Assembly: GCF_001194135.2 (NCBI RefSeq)
Contig: NC_068992.1
Location: 47,652,596-47,716,595, forward strand
Reading direction: 5' to 3'
Length of the DNA stretch: 64,000 nucleotides
Origin: Octopus bimaculoides
Taxonomy: Eukaryota
Below are positions 12,190 through 25,068 of the stretch, in pieces (position 1 is the first letter of the stretch; each line of letters opens with the position of its first letter). A model generated the notes under the pieces. The model saw only the letters and a list, made by a program, of their open reading frames with translations. It did not search any database and had not been told where the DNA came from. A program made the position numbers and the translations under genes.

Positions 12190-12605
12190 TATGTCTTTGA
12201 CTAAAGTGCAATATGATCAAACTGTTTAAGACCAGTATCATCAGACCAAAGTGATTTGTACCAAGTGTCTAAGACCAAAGTGATTTTAGACCAAGGTATA
12301 TAACACCAAAGTGATTTTAGACTGAAATGTTTTAAACCAATATGTTTTAGATGTAAATGTTACAAAGCCAAATTTTCTTACACCCAAAGATTCACTAAAC
12401 CAATGTTTAAGACAGAGTTGTAATGCCTAAATATCTTCAGACCAAGATGCCCTAAAGCTAAATTATTTTAGACAAAATTGTCATTAAACCCAAGTTTTTT
12501 TGTAAACAAACGCATCATTAGATCAAAGCATCAATTAGACCAAAATGTTAATTAGACTGAAGTGTCAATTAGATCGAAGTGTTTTGGACCAAAGTGAATA
12601 TAGAA
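12190..12605. repeat. Degenerate ~15-16 bp tandem array, consensus about TTAGACCAAAGTGTT
   Basis: AGACCAAAGTG/AGACCAAG/AGACTGAA/AGATCAAAG variants recur at about 15-17 bp spacing. Confidence 0.75.
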
Positions 12606-13195
12606 TGGGATAATATTTACAAGGAAACCTAAAACAGGAAATGATTGATGATAAGTGGAGAAAGGCAGAGTCTAGACTATGTTAATTAGTGGAGGAAAAA
12701 CAAATGAATTGAGTTCACAGACATTGAAAGACAAATAGATTGTTTAAAATAAATAATAATAAATCGTTTTAGTTTCCAAAATGAATAGAAAGCTACTCTG
12801 AAGTAATATTAGATTAATTCTACAAAACAGGAATTGGTAAATATATTTTTCTATTTTGTTTGTAGAATGTTTATCTTACTTTGTGATAGTTTGAAGCTAA
12901 GTAGGTTATCTAATTTACATTAGTTGATCTCCAAAGACATCTGAATGTTTCCTCATCTGTCTAATATATTCAAGTTCTTCCGCTGTCTTTTATACATTTA
13001 CCAAACTTTCAGCTGTGCACTTCCAACAACCTGCTAAAAGTATACATCACTGGAACCTACTGAACTTCACTTCACCTCACATATTTTCAAGACCACTACA
13101 CAAGTGCTTTATCATTTTCTCCCTCACCAGAAATACATCTGTGTGAAGAAAACCTTTTATGATCATGCAAGCATTACACTGAATATAAAACATCC

Positions 13196-13604
13196 TCTTT
13201 TACTCTTTTACTTGTTTCAGTCATTTGACTGTGGCCATGCTGGAGCACCGCCTTTAGTCGAGCAAATTGACCCCCAGGACTTATTCTTTGGAAGCCTAGT
13301 ACTTATTCTATCGGTCTTTCTTGCCGGCGAACTGCTAAGTTACGGGGATGTAAACACATCAGCATCGGTTGTCAAGTGATGTTGGGGGGACAAACACAGA
13401 CACAAACATATACACACACATACATACATATACATATATACAACGGGCTTCTTTCAGTTTCCGTCTACCAAATCCACTCACAAGGCTTTGGTCAGCCCGA
13501 GGCTATAGTAGAAGACACTTGCCCAACGTGCCACACAGTGGGAATGAATCCGGGAACATGTGGCTGGTGAGCAAGCTACTTACCACACAGCCACTCCTGC
13601 GCCT
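13196..13604 (-). mobile_element. SINE family A, full length, well preserved
   Basis: Minus strand begins AGGCGCAGGAGTGGCTGTGTGGTAAGTAGCTTGC (A-box) with a B-box-like GGATTCATTCCC and ends ...GACTGAAACAAGTAAAAGAG. Many CpGs retained. Confidence 0.9.
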
Positions 13605-14471
13605 TCATAAATTCAATAAAAGTTCATCTCACTTTTTCTATCTCTCCACTTCCATAGACTTTCATAGTGCTAAGGAGTTTCCAATGCCTCCCTATCATCA
13701 TGACGCTTATCTAACATAGTCATACACCAAATAAAGTAAGTTCCACCACTTATGCCATGTTTGTTTGTGTGATTATATGAGGTTTTGCCAAGGAAGCAGT
13801 TTCTATGAGCTTTTCAGGTCATGTGATCAGACTGATGTGATCGATGTGATTGATATCCTGAATAACAGCTTACAGTTCAGTTGGTGTGGTCCAAATACTT
13901 GCAACAAAGGGAACTCCATTAGGGGCATAACGAAGGGGCCAAAGAGTGTTAACCCAGGTGGCATGCTAGCTCTGCTGCAAGAGGCAGACCTAGTGCTCCA
14001 TAATCTACTAAATCTAAGAAGTACTTTTCTTTATCAATACAGAGTGAAAACAAAAACAAAAAAAGGTTTTAATCACATGCATATAGGACAGTAAGAACCA
14101 AAACAATGATGTCCTTATTCATTTGCAATATGTTCTGGCAGACCTAATTGTTAATATCCTAATTACAGTTGTGTGTGTGTGTGTGTGTTTGTGTGTGTGT
14201 GTGGGGATATATATATTTTTTTTAATATATTTTTTCCCAGTTTCCACCGAGGTTGAATTTGCCTTTAGTCCTTTTGGAGGGGGTCAATAAAATAAAAACC
14301 AATTGAACACTAATGTTGATGTAACCAATCAAAGTTTTTCAGGCCCTGTGCATATAGTAGGAGGGAATTTTCTTATTCAGTAGTCTTAAAAAAAAAAGGA
14401 AAAAAGGAATAAAAAAAAATAGAAAAAGTAAACAAATAAAATAAAGGGGGAAAAGGAAAGAAAATTCACAG

Positions 14472-14870
14472 TGACAATACTCTTCTCAATACATGTGATG
14501 TACCAGTTAAGACAATCCTTTGTACCTCCTGCATGGATGGTAAGGGAGGGATCATTCTTAAACAATTTTCAGTTCCTTTTTTGATCATTCCAAGTGCTCC
14601 TACAATCACTGGTATTGTAACCATCTTGAGATGCCGCAACTTTTCAATTTCGATTAGCAGATATTTATATATCTTCTAAGCTAATCAAATTCTTTTGCCA
14701 AGATATTATGGTCACAGGGTATGCTCATGTCAATCAATAAACAGACTTTATTGTTTTGGTCTTTCACAACAATATCTGGTTTATTTGCCTTGATGGTCCA
14801 GTCTGTACATACTGGAAAGTCTCAAAGAACAGTTACATTTTCTCCCTCAGTTACAGCCTCATGGTGGTGC
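14472..14870 (-). mobile_element. R4/Dong-like LINE fragment, restriction-like endonuclease region
   Basis: Minus strand with stops and a frameshift: ENVTVL*DFPVCTDWTIKANKPDIVVKDQNNKVCLLIDMSIP...IEIEKL...IPVIVGALGMIK...QRIVLTGTSHVLRR. The 5' end abuts (TAA)n. Confidence 0.85.

Positions 14871-14915
<45 letters not shown>
14871..14915. repeat. (TTA)n microsatellite
   Basis: Read directly. Confidence 0.95.
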
Positions 14916-14916
<1 letters not shown>

Positions 14917-15135
14917 GGTAGCAAGCAGGCAGAATCATTAGTATATTGGGTAAAATGCTCAGCAGCATTTCATCCATCTTTGCATACTAAGTTCAACTTC
15001 CACAGGGTTCAACTTTGCCTTTTCACCATTTTGGAGTCAGTAAAATAAGTACCAGTTGAACAATGGGGGCCATCTAATTGACTTAATCACTCCTCCAAAA
15101 TTGCTGGCCTTGTGCCAAAATTTGAAATCATTATT
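14915..15135 (+). mobile_element. SINE family E, near full length
   Basis: GGCAGAATCATTAG head, core ...TAAAATAAGTACCAGTTG and tail AAATTGCTGGCCTTGTGCCAAAATTTGAAATC; flanked by ATT-rich tracts. Confidence 0.85.
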
Positions 15136-15159
15136 GTTATTACAATTATCATTATTAAG

Positions 15160-15476
15160 GAGAAATCGTGATGGCACCTGTGCCCAGCATCGCCTTCCTG
15201 GCACTTGTGCCGGATGGCACATGTAAAGACATTTGAGTGAGACCGTTGCCAGTGCCACCAAACTGGCTCCTGTGCAGGTGGCATGTAAAATACACCATTT
15301 TGAACGTGGCCGTTGCCAGTACCGCCTGACTGGCCTTCGTGTAGAAACTCTGCCAAATCAGACTGGAGCCTGGTGTAGCCATCTGGTTTCACCAGTCCTC
15401 AGTCAAATCGTCCAACCCATGCTAGGATGGAAAGCAGACGTGAAACGACGATGATGATGATGATGATGATGATGAT
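15160..15476 (+). mobile_element. RTE-associated 3' UTR-type repeat with (GAT)n tail
   Basis: GTAGAAACTCTGCCAAATCAG...CCTCAGTCAAATCGTCCAACCCATGCTAG...(GAT)n; matches the reverse complement of 63795-64000. Confidence 0.85.
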
Positions 15477-15839
15477 GGCAGTGAGCTGGCTAAATTATTA
15501 AGCAAACTGGAGTTAATGGTACTGATTAATCTCCACTACTCAAAACTGATGGCCTTATGCTTAAATCAGAAATTGTTATTAACAAGAAGAGCAGTGAACT
15601 GGTAAAATTGTTAGCACAGGAGACAAGATGCCATGCAGTAATTCTTCTGTCTCTTTTATGGCTTTGAGTTCAAATTGTGTTGAGGTCAAATTTGTCATTT
15701 ATCTTTTTGGGGATTGATGAAATGAAGTGCCAGTTAAATGCTGGAGTTGATGCTATCACCTAATTCCCACCACTCAAAATTGCTACCGTGGTTCCTAAGT
15801 CAGAAATCATTGTATAAAAGCCATTATCAACATCATCAC

Positions 15840-15878
<39 letters not shown>

Positions 15879-15890
15879 CATTATTATTAT

Positions 15891-15947
<57 letters not shown>

Positions 15948-15978
15948 TAGTAGTAGTAGTAGTAGTAGCAGCAGCAGC
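15840..15978. repeat. Compound (ATT)n(AGT)n(AGC)n microsatellite
   Basis: Read directly. Confidence 0.95.
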
Positions 15979-16143
15979 ATTATTGTTTTAAGTACTTTGT
16001 GCATTTTTTTTGCAAACACCGTCATTTTAAATTATAAATACAGCGCAACTACAATCCTTCAAAAATATGCATGTACACACACACACATATATATACCTGT
16101 ATATACACACACACATACATATCTGTATACATGTATATACATA

Positions 16144-16203
<60 letters not shown>

Positions 16204-16519
16204 GGTGAAGGATGACAGGAAGTAATAATTTAAAATGAAAATATATTTTCCATTACAGTTTTTTTCTGGTTTACCTTTTTCCAAAAATGTTATGTTCAAT
16301 TTTTCAAGTGTTCTAATTCTAAATTTCTATTGTGCCATTCAATGTCTGCAACACTTGTTTCAAAATCAGCATAGCTTTGAGTGGGCCACCAATCATTGTC
16401 AAGATTCCTTGTCAAACCTTCTTCATTTTGGCAGCAGTTAATATCATACACAATTGTCTGCATACACATGCAGACACACATGCATATTCATACGAATATA
16501 TAAATATTGATACATACAG

Positions 16520-16605
16520 ACATACATCTATCTACACATACATCTATATACACATACATCTATCTACACATACATCTATCTACACATACATCTATATACA
16601 CATAC
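16520..16605. repeat. 16-bp minisatellite (TACATCTATCTACACA)~5
   Basis: About five near-identical units read directly. Confidence 0.85.
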
Positions 16606-17865
16606 ATATGATACATGCATGCATACATAGATATATATACATACACACACACATATAGATTGCTAGATAGATACATATAAACATACATACACACACATAT
16701 TATATATATAGAGAGAGAGAGAGGGGAGAGGGGGGAAGAGAGAGAAAGAGAGGGGGAANNNNNNNNNNNNNNNNNNNNNNNNNNNNNNNNNNNNNNNNNN
16801 NNNNNNNGGGAGGGAGGGCGAGAAAGAGAAGGACAGGAGATCCATTCACATATAGTCAGATACACTGGAACCGCATTTCATCAACAGATTTCATAGGTAG
16901 CTGGTAGCAGATTGGCTCATAAAAAGCCACAGTTGTCCTCTGTGTTGTATGCCTCTACCGCCTCCTCCATTTCAACATACATGTTACCTTTCTTGATCCT
17001 CTAGTTTAAAGAACCATTCGCCTCCTCCAAATTGTCTTCAGTTTTGGTGTCCATCAAGCTCTGAAGTCACTAACCTCTAGTATATGATGAGTGACACAGG
17101 CTTCATCAGAAAAGTATTCATACCATTCTATCTCAACAATTGCTAAGGTAGTAGAAAATCTAACTGGTTTCAGTTACAGGTGCTGGAATAACTGGCCAAT
17201 TTCCATAAGTTTAGATTATTTGCATCATTTTAAAATTTCTTCTTTTTTTTTTTAGCTGTTCCAGTTATTGGACTTAAATATGAGTAAAAAAAAATGTCTG
17301 GTGCTAACTCATTGTCTTTCTTCCAACAAGAGGCAAAAATCGATTAAGAATGTTTCTAAATGCATCATTCGGTACACATAACATACTGCCTTGAATTCAT
17401 GCCTTTCATTTATTCAAGCTACTTTCAATAATCATTTCTATCTTTAAATTATGCAAATTATACTGATAAACAATTATTCATAACCCTTTTTGAATTCCAT
17501 GATTATCTTTGTCATCTAATCAGCAGGCTTTAGTGAACTGCACAAAGCTAATGAGGTATCATAGACTGAAACTTGTCCAGAGTTATTCCTCATAAAGACC
17601 AGTCTTTCCCATAAGCATGTAGATTAACACAGAGAGATTAATTCTTAATTTTTAAAAAATTATCTCCCTTCCTTTTGCCGTTTTTCTCTATCTCTCCCTT
17701 CCTTGTTTTTCTCTTTATTTATTTACAAACACATACACACACCCCTATTTACATACTTACACAGGCATACATATGTATATTTATATATATTCACACAAAT
17801 ACAAGTATGTACATACTCTCAAATATACATATATATGCACACAAAGACATGCGCGCATGTATGTG

Positions 17866-17905
<40 letters not shown>

Positions 17906-17907
17906 TA

Positions 17908-18543
17908 NNNNNNNNNNNNNNNNNNNNNNNNNNNNNNNNNNNNNNNNNNNNNNNNNNNNNNNNNNNNNNNNNNNNNNNNNNNNNNNNNNNNNNNNNNNNN
18001 NNNNNNNNNNNNNNNNNNNNNNNNNNNNNNNNNNNNNNNNNNNNNNNNNNNNNNNNNNNNNNNNNNNNNNNNNNNNNNNNNNNNNNNNNNNNNNNNNNNN
18101 NNNNNNNNNNNNNNNNNNNNNNNNNNNNNNNNNNNNNNNNNNNNNNNNNNNNNNNNNNNNNNNNNNNNNNNNNNNNNNNNNNNNNNNNNNNNNNNNNNNN
18201 NNNNNNNNNNNNNNNNNNNNNNNNNNNNNNNNNNNNNNNNNNNNNNNNNNNNNNNNNNNNNNNNNNNNNNNNNNNNNNNNNNNNNNNNNNNNNNNNNNNN
18301 NNNNNNNNNNNNNNNNNNNNNNNNNNNNNNNNNNNNNNNNNNNNNNNNNNNNNNNNNNNNNNNNNNNNNNNNNNNNNNNNNNNNNNNNNNNNNNNNNNNN
18401 NNNNNNNNNNNNNNNNNNNNNNNNNNNNNNNNNNNNNNNNNNNNNNNNNNNNNNNNNNNNNNNNNNNNNNNNNNNNNNNNNNNNNNNNNNNNNNNNNNNN
18501 NNNNNNNNNNNNNNNNNNNNNNNNNNNNNNNNNNNNNNNNNNN

Positions 18544-18544
<1 letters not shown>
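17908..18544. other. Assembly gap (N run) flanked by (TA)n
   Basis: Other N runs at about 9183-9192, 9796-9805, 16759-16807, 22500-22509, 23453-23650, 24731-24944, 26676-26685, 28431-28600, 46791-47175 and 51239-51964. Confidence 0.99.
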
Positions 18545-18589
<45 letters not shown>

Positions 18590-18593
<4 letters not shown>

Positions 18594-18748
18594 CCATGGC
18601 TCCGTGGTCATACGTTTGGTTTCTGCCCACCTTCTTCTGGGTTCAGTCCCACTGTGTGGCACCTTGGAAAAGTGTCTTCCACTATGTCCCTGGGCCAGCT
18701 GAAGGCTTGTGAGTGGATGTGTTAAATGGAAACTGAAAGAATCCTATC

Positions 18749-18750
<2 letters not shown>
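18590..18750 (+). mobile_element. SINE family A, 5' head
   Basis: GGGTTCAGTCCCACTGTGTGGCACCTTGG...GGAAACTGAAAGAA then (TG)n. Confidence 0.8.
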
Positions 18751-18786
<36 letters not shown>

Positions 18787-18991
18787 TCATAATTTAATGT
18801 GTAACCTCCGTGCTGGCATGGGTTGGACAGTTTGACAAAGGCTGATGAATCAGAGGACTATGTCATGCATCAACGTCTACTTTAACATGGTCTCTGAATA
18901 GAAGTCCTTCCTAATACCAGCTTGCATAAAGAACTATAAATGTCCATGGAAGGGCTGCTCTTAGTTCCTGAGGTTAGATAAAAAAAAAAAA

Positions 18992-21105
18992 ATGAGGTTT
19001 GTAATACAATATTTTAACATTTTACTTACACACACTACTTTGTCACATCTAAAATGTCTAAGACCCAATTATACAACACGACAAAACATGGTAATAGCTA
19101 CAAAAACAACCCAAAACTTTAGCAGCCAACTAAATGTACAAGAAGAAGAAGGAAGTGAACAATTTAATAAACATTTGATCCTTTCGATATCAACATGTCT
19201 GAAGCTATCCTTGGTTTGACAATACAAACATCCGGTTTCAAAAACAATCTAAACAAAAATCCTTCAACAAAATCTCAGGTTAATTTATGTTCCAAACACC
19301 AGTTTTATAATGACAACTATTTGAGAAAATTTGTTTAAAAAATTATTTGAAACAAAGCTGATATATTTCAACAGAAATATGATAATGAAAGGGTTAATAG
19401 AAGAAAATATCCAAAATAATCAAATAACACAGCACCAGTCATAACAACAACAGTATTAGCAACTCACATATGATTCCAGATATTGTAGTTCTACAGAGTA
19501 CTTGTATAAAGATGAACCTTCTTTCAATATAAAATTGTCAAAATTGTTAGACTTATCATAGTTACCAGAAAAAAAACCCCTGAATAGTTGTTCTTTGCTG
19601 CCAAAGATAATCCAGGAGAGAGCAAAGAGAAGGATTATATACCTTTGATTATGAACACATGTAAGTGGAATAAATTTTCTCTCAGTACAAAAGGCTCTCA
19701 AGAACCTCTAGAAAGATATCTAAATTGAAAAAGGCCAAAACCATGGCACTATCTGCAGTAGCTTCAAAACAAGGTCAACAAAATATTGGCTGAAATTGTT
19801 GGTTATACATTTAGACCCCAGAACAAGGATCAAAGAAATACAATAAAAGCCACTGAATACAAAGTAGACCCATGGCTCATAGTGACTTTTGTGTCGCAGA
19901 ATGGGAGAGTAGTCAAAATAGGGTTTCCAAAAAGTGACATGTAGCCAGATGAATGTTAAAATAAGTTTGTAAATGTAAGGCCATAGAGCCACACTGAGAT
20001 TCTATTGAGAATATGGCACCAAGGCAACAGGCACAGAACTGATGATACAGAGCATAAAATCTGGTTGCTATATCTGTCAGAGAAAACACACCAGTGCTGA
20101 ATGCTCAGAAAAACTGGGAAGTGAAAACAAGGGAAACAAAAATAATGAGTATTAAGAGCAACAACAGAAAGAATATGAAATCTCGAGTTTCCATCAGTTA
20201 AAACTCTAGGGACAACTCAATAAATATCTTTAGGCCCAATATCACAAATACATGAGCAACTGACATATTCCCCAACAGAACCACTCTTCAGTATTGTACC
20301 TTCATTGTGTGATGAGGAAGAAATAATGAATAATTACAGAATATTCCCAAATGCTCTGTGACACTATGAAGGGGGGAAAATAAGAAAAGAAAAAAAAAAT
20401 CACAGATGAAGAAAACCCAGCATAAAACAATGAAAATAGGTGAAGAACAATTTCTTCCAAACAGCAACAAAGCTCTTCACAAGAACATAAAGAAAATGAA
20501 GACATCAAAGGAACAATAAGATACGCTAGTCTTCAAAAATCAAACAGCATGGAGTATAGGCAAAATTATGCATCTCTGGTGCCACAGACTTACCAAAGAA
20601 GTTAGAATGATACAAAGCCAATCAGGTTCAAAATATGAAGAAAATGCAAAAGACAGATTACTAGTAAAATTAAAATTAAGATACATCAATTTTTAAAAAA
20701 GACTACTCTCTTGGTGTTGATGTTTCACAGCACCAAATATCTCAAAAGATTTAACAACAAACAGAATCTGAACTTCAGTCACATGCAGACACAACCAAAT
20801 ATGAAGAAATATATTCTGGAGCACTCCACCAATTCTATATTCATTGCCATTATTACAACAGCATTTGCTCTTGCTAATTTTTATATTTCTGTTTTTAAAA
20901 CATAAATTCTATAATTTTCATTTCATTTTTAGAGTTACTTTACAAAAATTTTTTTTCCTCCTTCTCATTTCAAAACACTACCAATCACCTCTCCTAATTC
21001 TTATTCCATTATGTTTACATACAAGAACAATTTCGATTCAAATATGAAAAATAAAAATATAAAACTAAACTAAATAAATAAATAAATAAATAAAAAATAA
21101 AATCT
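18992..21105 (+). pseudogene. Decayed LINE ORF1-like (gag-like) sequence with zinc knuckle and A-rich 3' end
   Basis: CYICQRKHTSAEC (CX2CX3HX4C) at 20066-20104, A-rich sense strand, many stops and frameshifts, (TAAA)n tract at about 21050-21105. Diverged second copy at about 42880-43200. Boundaries approximate. Confidence 0.5.
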
Positions 21106-22441
21106 GAATTTTAACATTTATTTTTGTTTATTTTTATACTTTGTCCTTGAAATGCTGACAGTAACATCTAATTTTGTCACGACTAAAAATAAAAAAAATT
21201 AGCTTCCAAAGGGTTAAGAATCGACAAGTATAATGTCTTAGAATTTGGTACAATACTTCTCTCTTGATAATTGGCACCATGCTATGAATCATAATAAATC
21301 CTTTTTAATGTGACCTCCTGGCAAATGGGTGAAAGATAGGGGTGAAGGAAGACAGAGCCATAAATCTCTCCCCATAACCACTGTCATCCACACACTATCT
21401 TGTAATGCATTCATTTCTCTTTATGAGAACAATTTCATTACCTATTGAATATAAGGTTATAATTGGAATAAATAGCAAAGCTGTTTCCAACAAAAGAAGG
21501 AATGTGACCAGAATTCTGGAAGATTCCAATAAGGAAATATACTTGATAATAAAAATGATAGTGCTTGTTTTCACTCAGTGAATCTCATTCGACATTTTCA
21601 AAGAAAAAATATCTATATTAGGACCTGCTGCTCTCACAAGCAATACTTAATGTTTACAGCTTTGTGTATTTCTTCTTTATCTTTTTAAATCAACACACAC
21701 CATTACTGTTTATTGTTAAAAACTTAGAAACTAACAAGGGAATTTTTACATGGTCACCTTATATACTAGACATAGCAGCCAATTTAGACTAAGAATATGT
21801 CCTAACAATTCAAGATAAGACCAACACATACTGTGTTTGAAGAGAAAATACAGAATGGGCATGAATGGTAACCATTTGATCTTACATTTGCTCCATCTGG
21901 GGGTGAAACAGGAGACTAAACAATAACAGTAACAGGACGAGTTAAAAAAAAAAAAAATTTTCTCATCATTCTCAGGTAAAGACAACCTCATTAGAGCTGG
22001 TGCCACAGTGAACTACACCCAGTAGCCTATGTAGAGTGGCTGGTGTTAGGAAAGACATCCAGGTATAGAGAGGATTTGGAAATAGAAGTGGGAAAGCAAT
22101 TGCAAATCATTACAACCCTTCCTGCATTTCTACTGAGCCCGCTCCTATGAGAACGTTACATGTTATTACAAGGTTACAATGTGTGTTAGTGTGTGTATGT
22201 ATTCTACGTATGTGCATAGATATGTGTGCATTTGTATGGTGCATTCATTTCTCTCTCCCTGTGTTTGTGTGTGTGCATACGCGTGTGCATGTGTGTTAGA
22301 AAGAGAGAAAGATGCAAAGCTATACACATGAATGATTATACATACATATACACACATTCAAACACAGAGTGCTGCATGTGTATATATATGATCACAAAAT
22401 ATAATAGATTTATAAAAAAAATTCTTTAAAGAAAAGAGAAC

Positions 22442-22499
<58 letters not shown>

Positions 22500-23675
22500 N
22501 NNNNNNNNNCCGATCTCATACATATATACACACATACATAGATATACATACATACATATGTACGTACATACATACATACATACATACGTACATATTTGAG
22601 AATACATGACAATAAACACAGCAATGAAAATGTGGGTAGAATTGTGAGAGTGTGTTGTGGGTATCTGGGTATTATGTGTCTCTTTCATATGCTTGCAACA
22701 TTGTCCATTAATATATTTTATACATACATATAACCTTAGATAACCTTATACATATGTCTTAGCTAGCATTGACTTAGGCTATGGATGACTTTATAACACC
22801 ATCTACAGGCCACTTGGTCAGTGTACAGAATAATTGAAGTTTATTACAGTTAGACATTTGCACAAAGAGCCAAAAAGCCTATTCGTATTTCTTATGCGTG
22901 TGCATGTGTGTGTGTGTGTGTATAATACATACACATATAAAGATAGAGAAATAGATATTTACATTAATGTATATATATTTTACATCAATGTATGTATGAA
23001 TGTCATTCTTCAGTTTTATTTCAAGATTTCTTGCCAATAGAGAAAGAATTGGTTTCTAATCTAGATCCAAGGCTCCTTCATTGGCATTTCAACAACATCA
23101 ACAGGGTATTTTTGTATGTATGTATGTATGTATGTATATGTGCAGATTTGTATGTTTTGTTTTACGCATGTATTCCCATGCATATAGTTGCATATCTAGA
23201 CATGCTCGCATATACTGAAATGATAAACTTCTGGAAAGTTTTACAGATTTTTACAGTTCCAGTGATGGATTGGATCTGTAGTCTTCAAATCAGCTTTCAC
23301 TTTTCTTGCTGTGAGAAGCCTCATTTTCCAAAATTTGTATTTAGGCCATGTTTTTTAAGAAAGTAGATTACAATTTGAAGAAAATTTTGCAGCTATTTCT
23401 TGATGGTACAATGATGCACTAAGATCAGAAAATTGGTCATTGTTGGGTTTTANNNNNNNNNNNNNNNNNNNNNNNNNNNNNNNNNNNNNNNNNNNNNNNN
23501 NNNNNNNNNNNNNNNNNNNNNNNNNNNNNNNNNNNNNNNNNNNNNNNNNNNNNNNNNNNNNNNNNNNNNNNNNNNNNNNNNNNNNNNNNNNNNNNNNNNN
23601 NNNNNNNNNNNNNNNNNNNNNNNNNNNNNNNNNNNNNNNNNNNNNNNNNNTATATATATATATATATATATAAAA

Positions 23676-23862
23676 TTCTTTTATTCTTCTATTTGGTTCA
23701 GCCATACCAGGGCACTGCCTTGAAGGATTTTAGTCAAACAAATCGACCCCTGGACTTATTCTATTCTCAAAGTTATGGTGACATAAACACACCAACACCA
23801 GTTGTCAAGTGGTGATGGCAGGACAAATACAGACACACACACATAGATATATACACACACAC

Positions 23863-23905
<43 letters not shown>

Positions 23906-24055
23906 ACGGGCTTCTTTTAGTTTCCCTCTACCAAATCCATTCACAAGGCTTTGGTCAACCTGATGACACTTGCACAAAATGCCACACAGTGGGACTGAAC
24001 CCAGAACCATGTAGTTGGAAAGCAAACTTCTTGCCACACAGCCATGCTTGCGCCT
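23676..24055 (-). mobile_element. SINE family A, full length
   Basis: Collinear with 13196-13604 including the AGGCGCA start and the (TA)n middle. Confidence 0.88.
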
Positions 24056-24145
24056 ATATATTAATGTTTGTTTTTTGTTATAATAAAAACAATTTTACAT
24101 TAAATTTCAGGGTTACTCAATATATTTGGTATATTGTAGAAATTC

Positions 24146-24359
24146 ATCATTCTTTAGCAAGAATAATATTGGCAGTGACTTCGAAGTTTCATCAAGCTGA
24201 GGCATCATTGGACTGTAATGCATTCAAGTCCATTTTGGTTTTATATTGTTTCTGTTAAGTTAAAATTTTCTAGGGTAACCTAGAAAATTAGTCTGATGAT
24301 AGTTTAGCTGGCCAAAATTTCGAAGTCACTATCAATACTATTTCTTGTTAAAGAATGAT
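24146..24359. mobile_element. Fold-back/MITE-like element with long imperfect TIRs
   Basis: ATCATTCTTTAGCAAGAA-TAATATTGGCAGTGACTTCGAAGTTT (from 24146) versus the reverse complement of the segment ending at 24359, ATCATTCTTTAACAAGAAATAGTATTGATAGTGACTTCGAAATTT. Confidence 0.75.
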
Positions 24360-25068
24360 ATATACATATATATATATATACATATATATATATAAAAATA
24401 TATAGTTTTAGGGAAAATAACCAATTTTCAAGAACTCATCGATGAAAATCCACTATCAAATATAGAAAAATTAATAATTAAAAGCACAATAAATGAGTAT
24501 AATATAAAGTAAAGTAAATATCATAAGATAAATATAATAAAAAGATTACACGTGTTTCATAACCAATTTTCAAATAGAAAAGAAATTTAAATCGATTAAA
24601 ATCAATTGAAATTATCGAAAATAAGTTCTATTCAAAAATATGGCTACTCGTCAGATCCTAAGTAGAACATAATTAGATATATATCTCAACCAACAATAAG
24701 TACCAAATGAATTAATATGAAATACTTATTNNNNNNNNNNNNNNNNNNNNNNNNNNNNNNNNNNNNNNNNNNNNNNNNNNNNNNNNNNNNNNNNNNNNNN
24801 NNNNNNNNNNNNNNNNNNNNNNNNNNNNNNNNNNNNNNNNNNNNNNNNNNNNNNNNNNNNNNNNNNNNNNNNNNNNNNNNNNNNNNNNNNNNNNNNNNNN
24901 NNNNNNNNNNNNNNNNNNNNNNNNNNNNNNNNNNNNNNNNNNNNTATATATATATATATATGTATGTATTTATATATTTATACCAAAATTTGGTAAAAAT
25001 ATTGGATCAGATTTTAGCTCTTATTTAAATCGACATATATATATATATATATATATATGTGTATATAT

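Noticed and set aside
12190-12605. CRISPR-like repeat array
   Set aside because: Units are short, contiguous and degenerate with no unique spacers; eukaryotic context and no cas genes.
13520-13604. tRNA gene (also heads at 10122 and 30609)
   Set aside because: A/B-box-like heads continue into multi-copy SINE bodies and I cannot fold a full cloverleaf; these are tRNA-derived SINE heads.
17675-18725. Long ORFs of 270-345 aa in the track (also at 23.4, 28.2, 46.5 and 51.0 kb)
   Set aside because: They are read-through of N gaps and (TA)n tracts (poly-X, YIYI), not coding.
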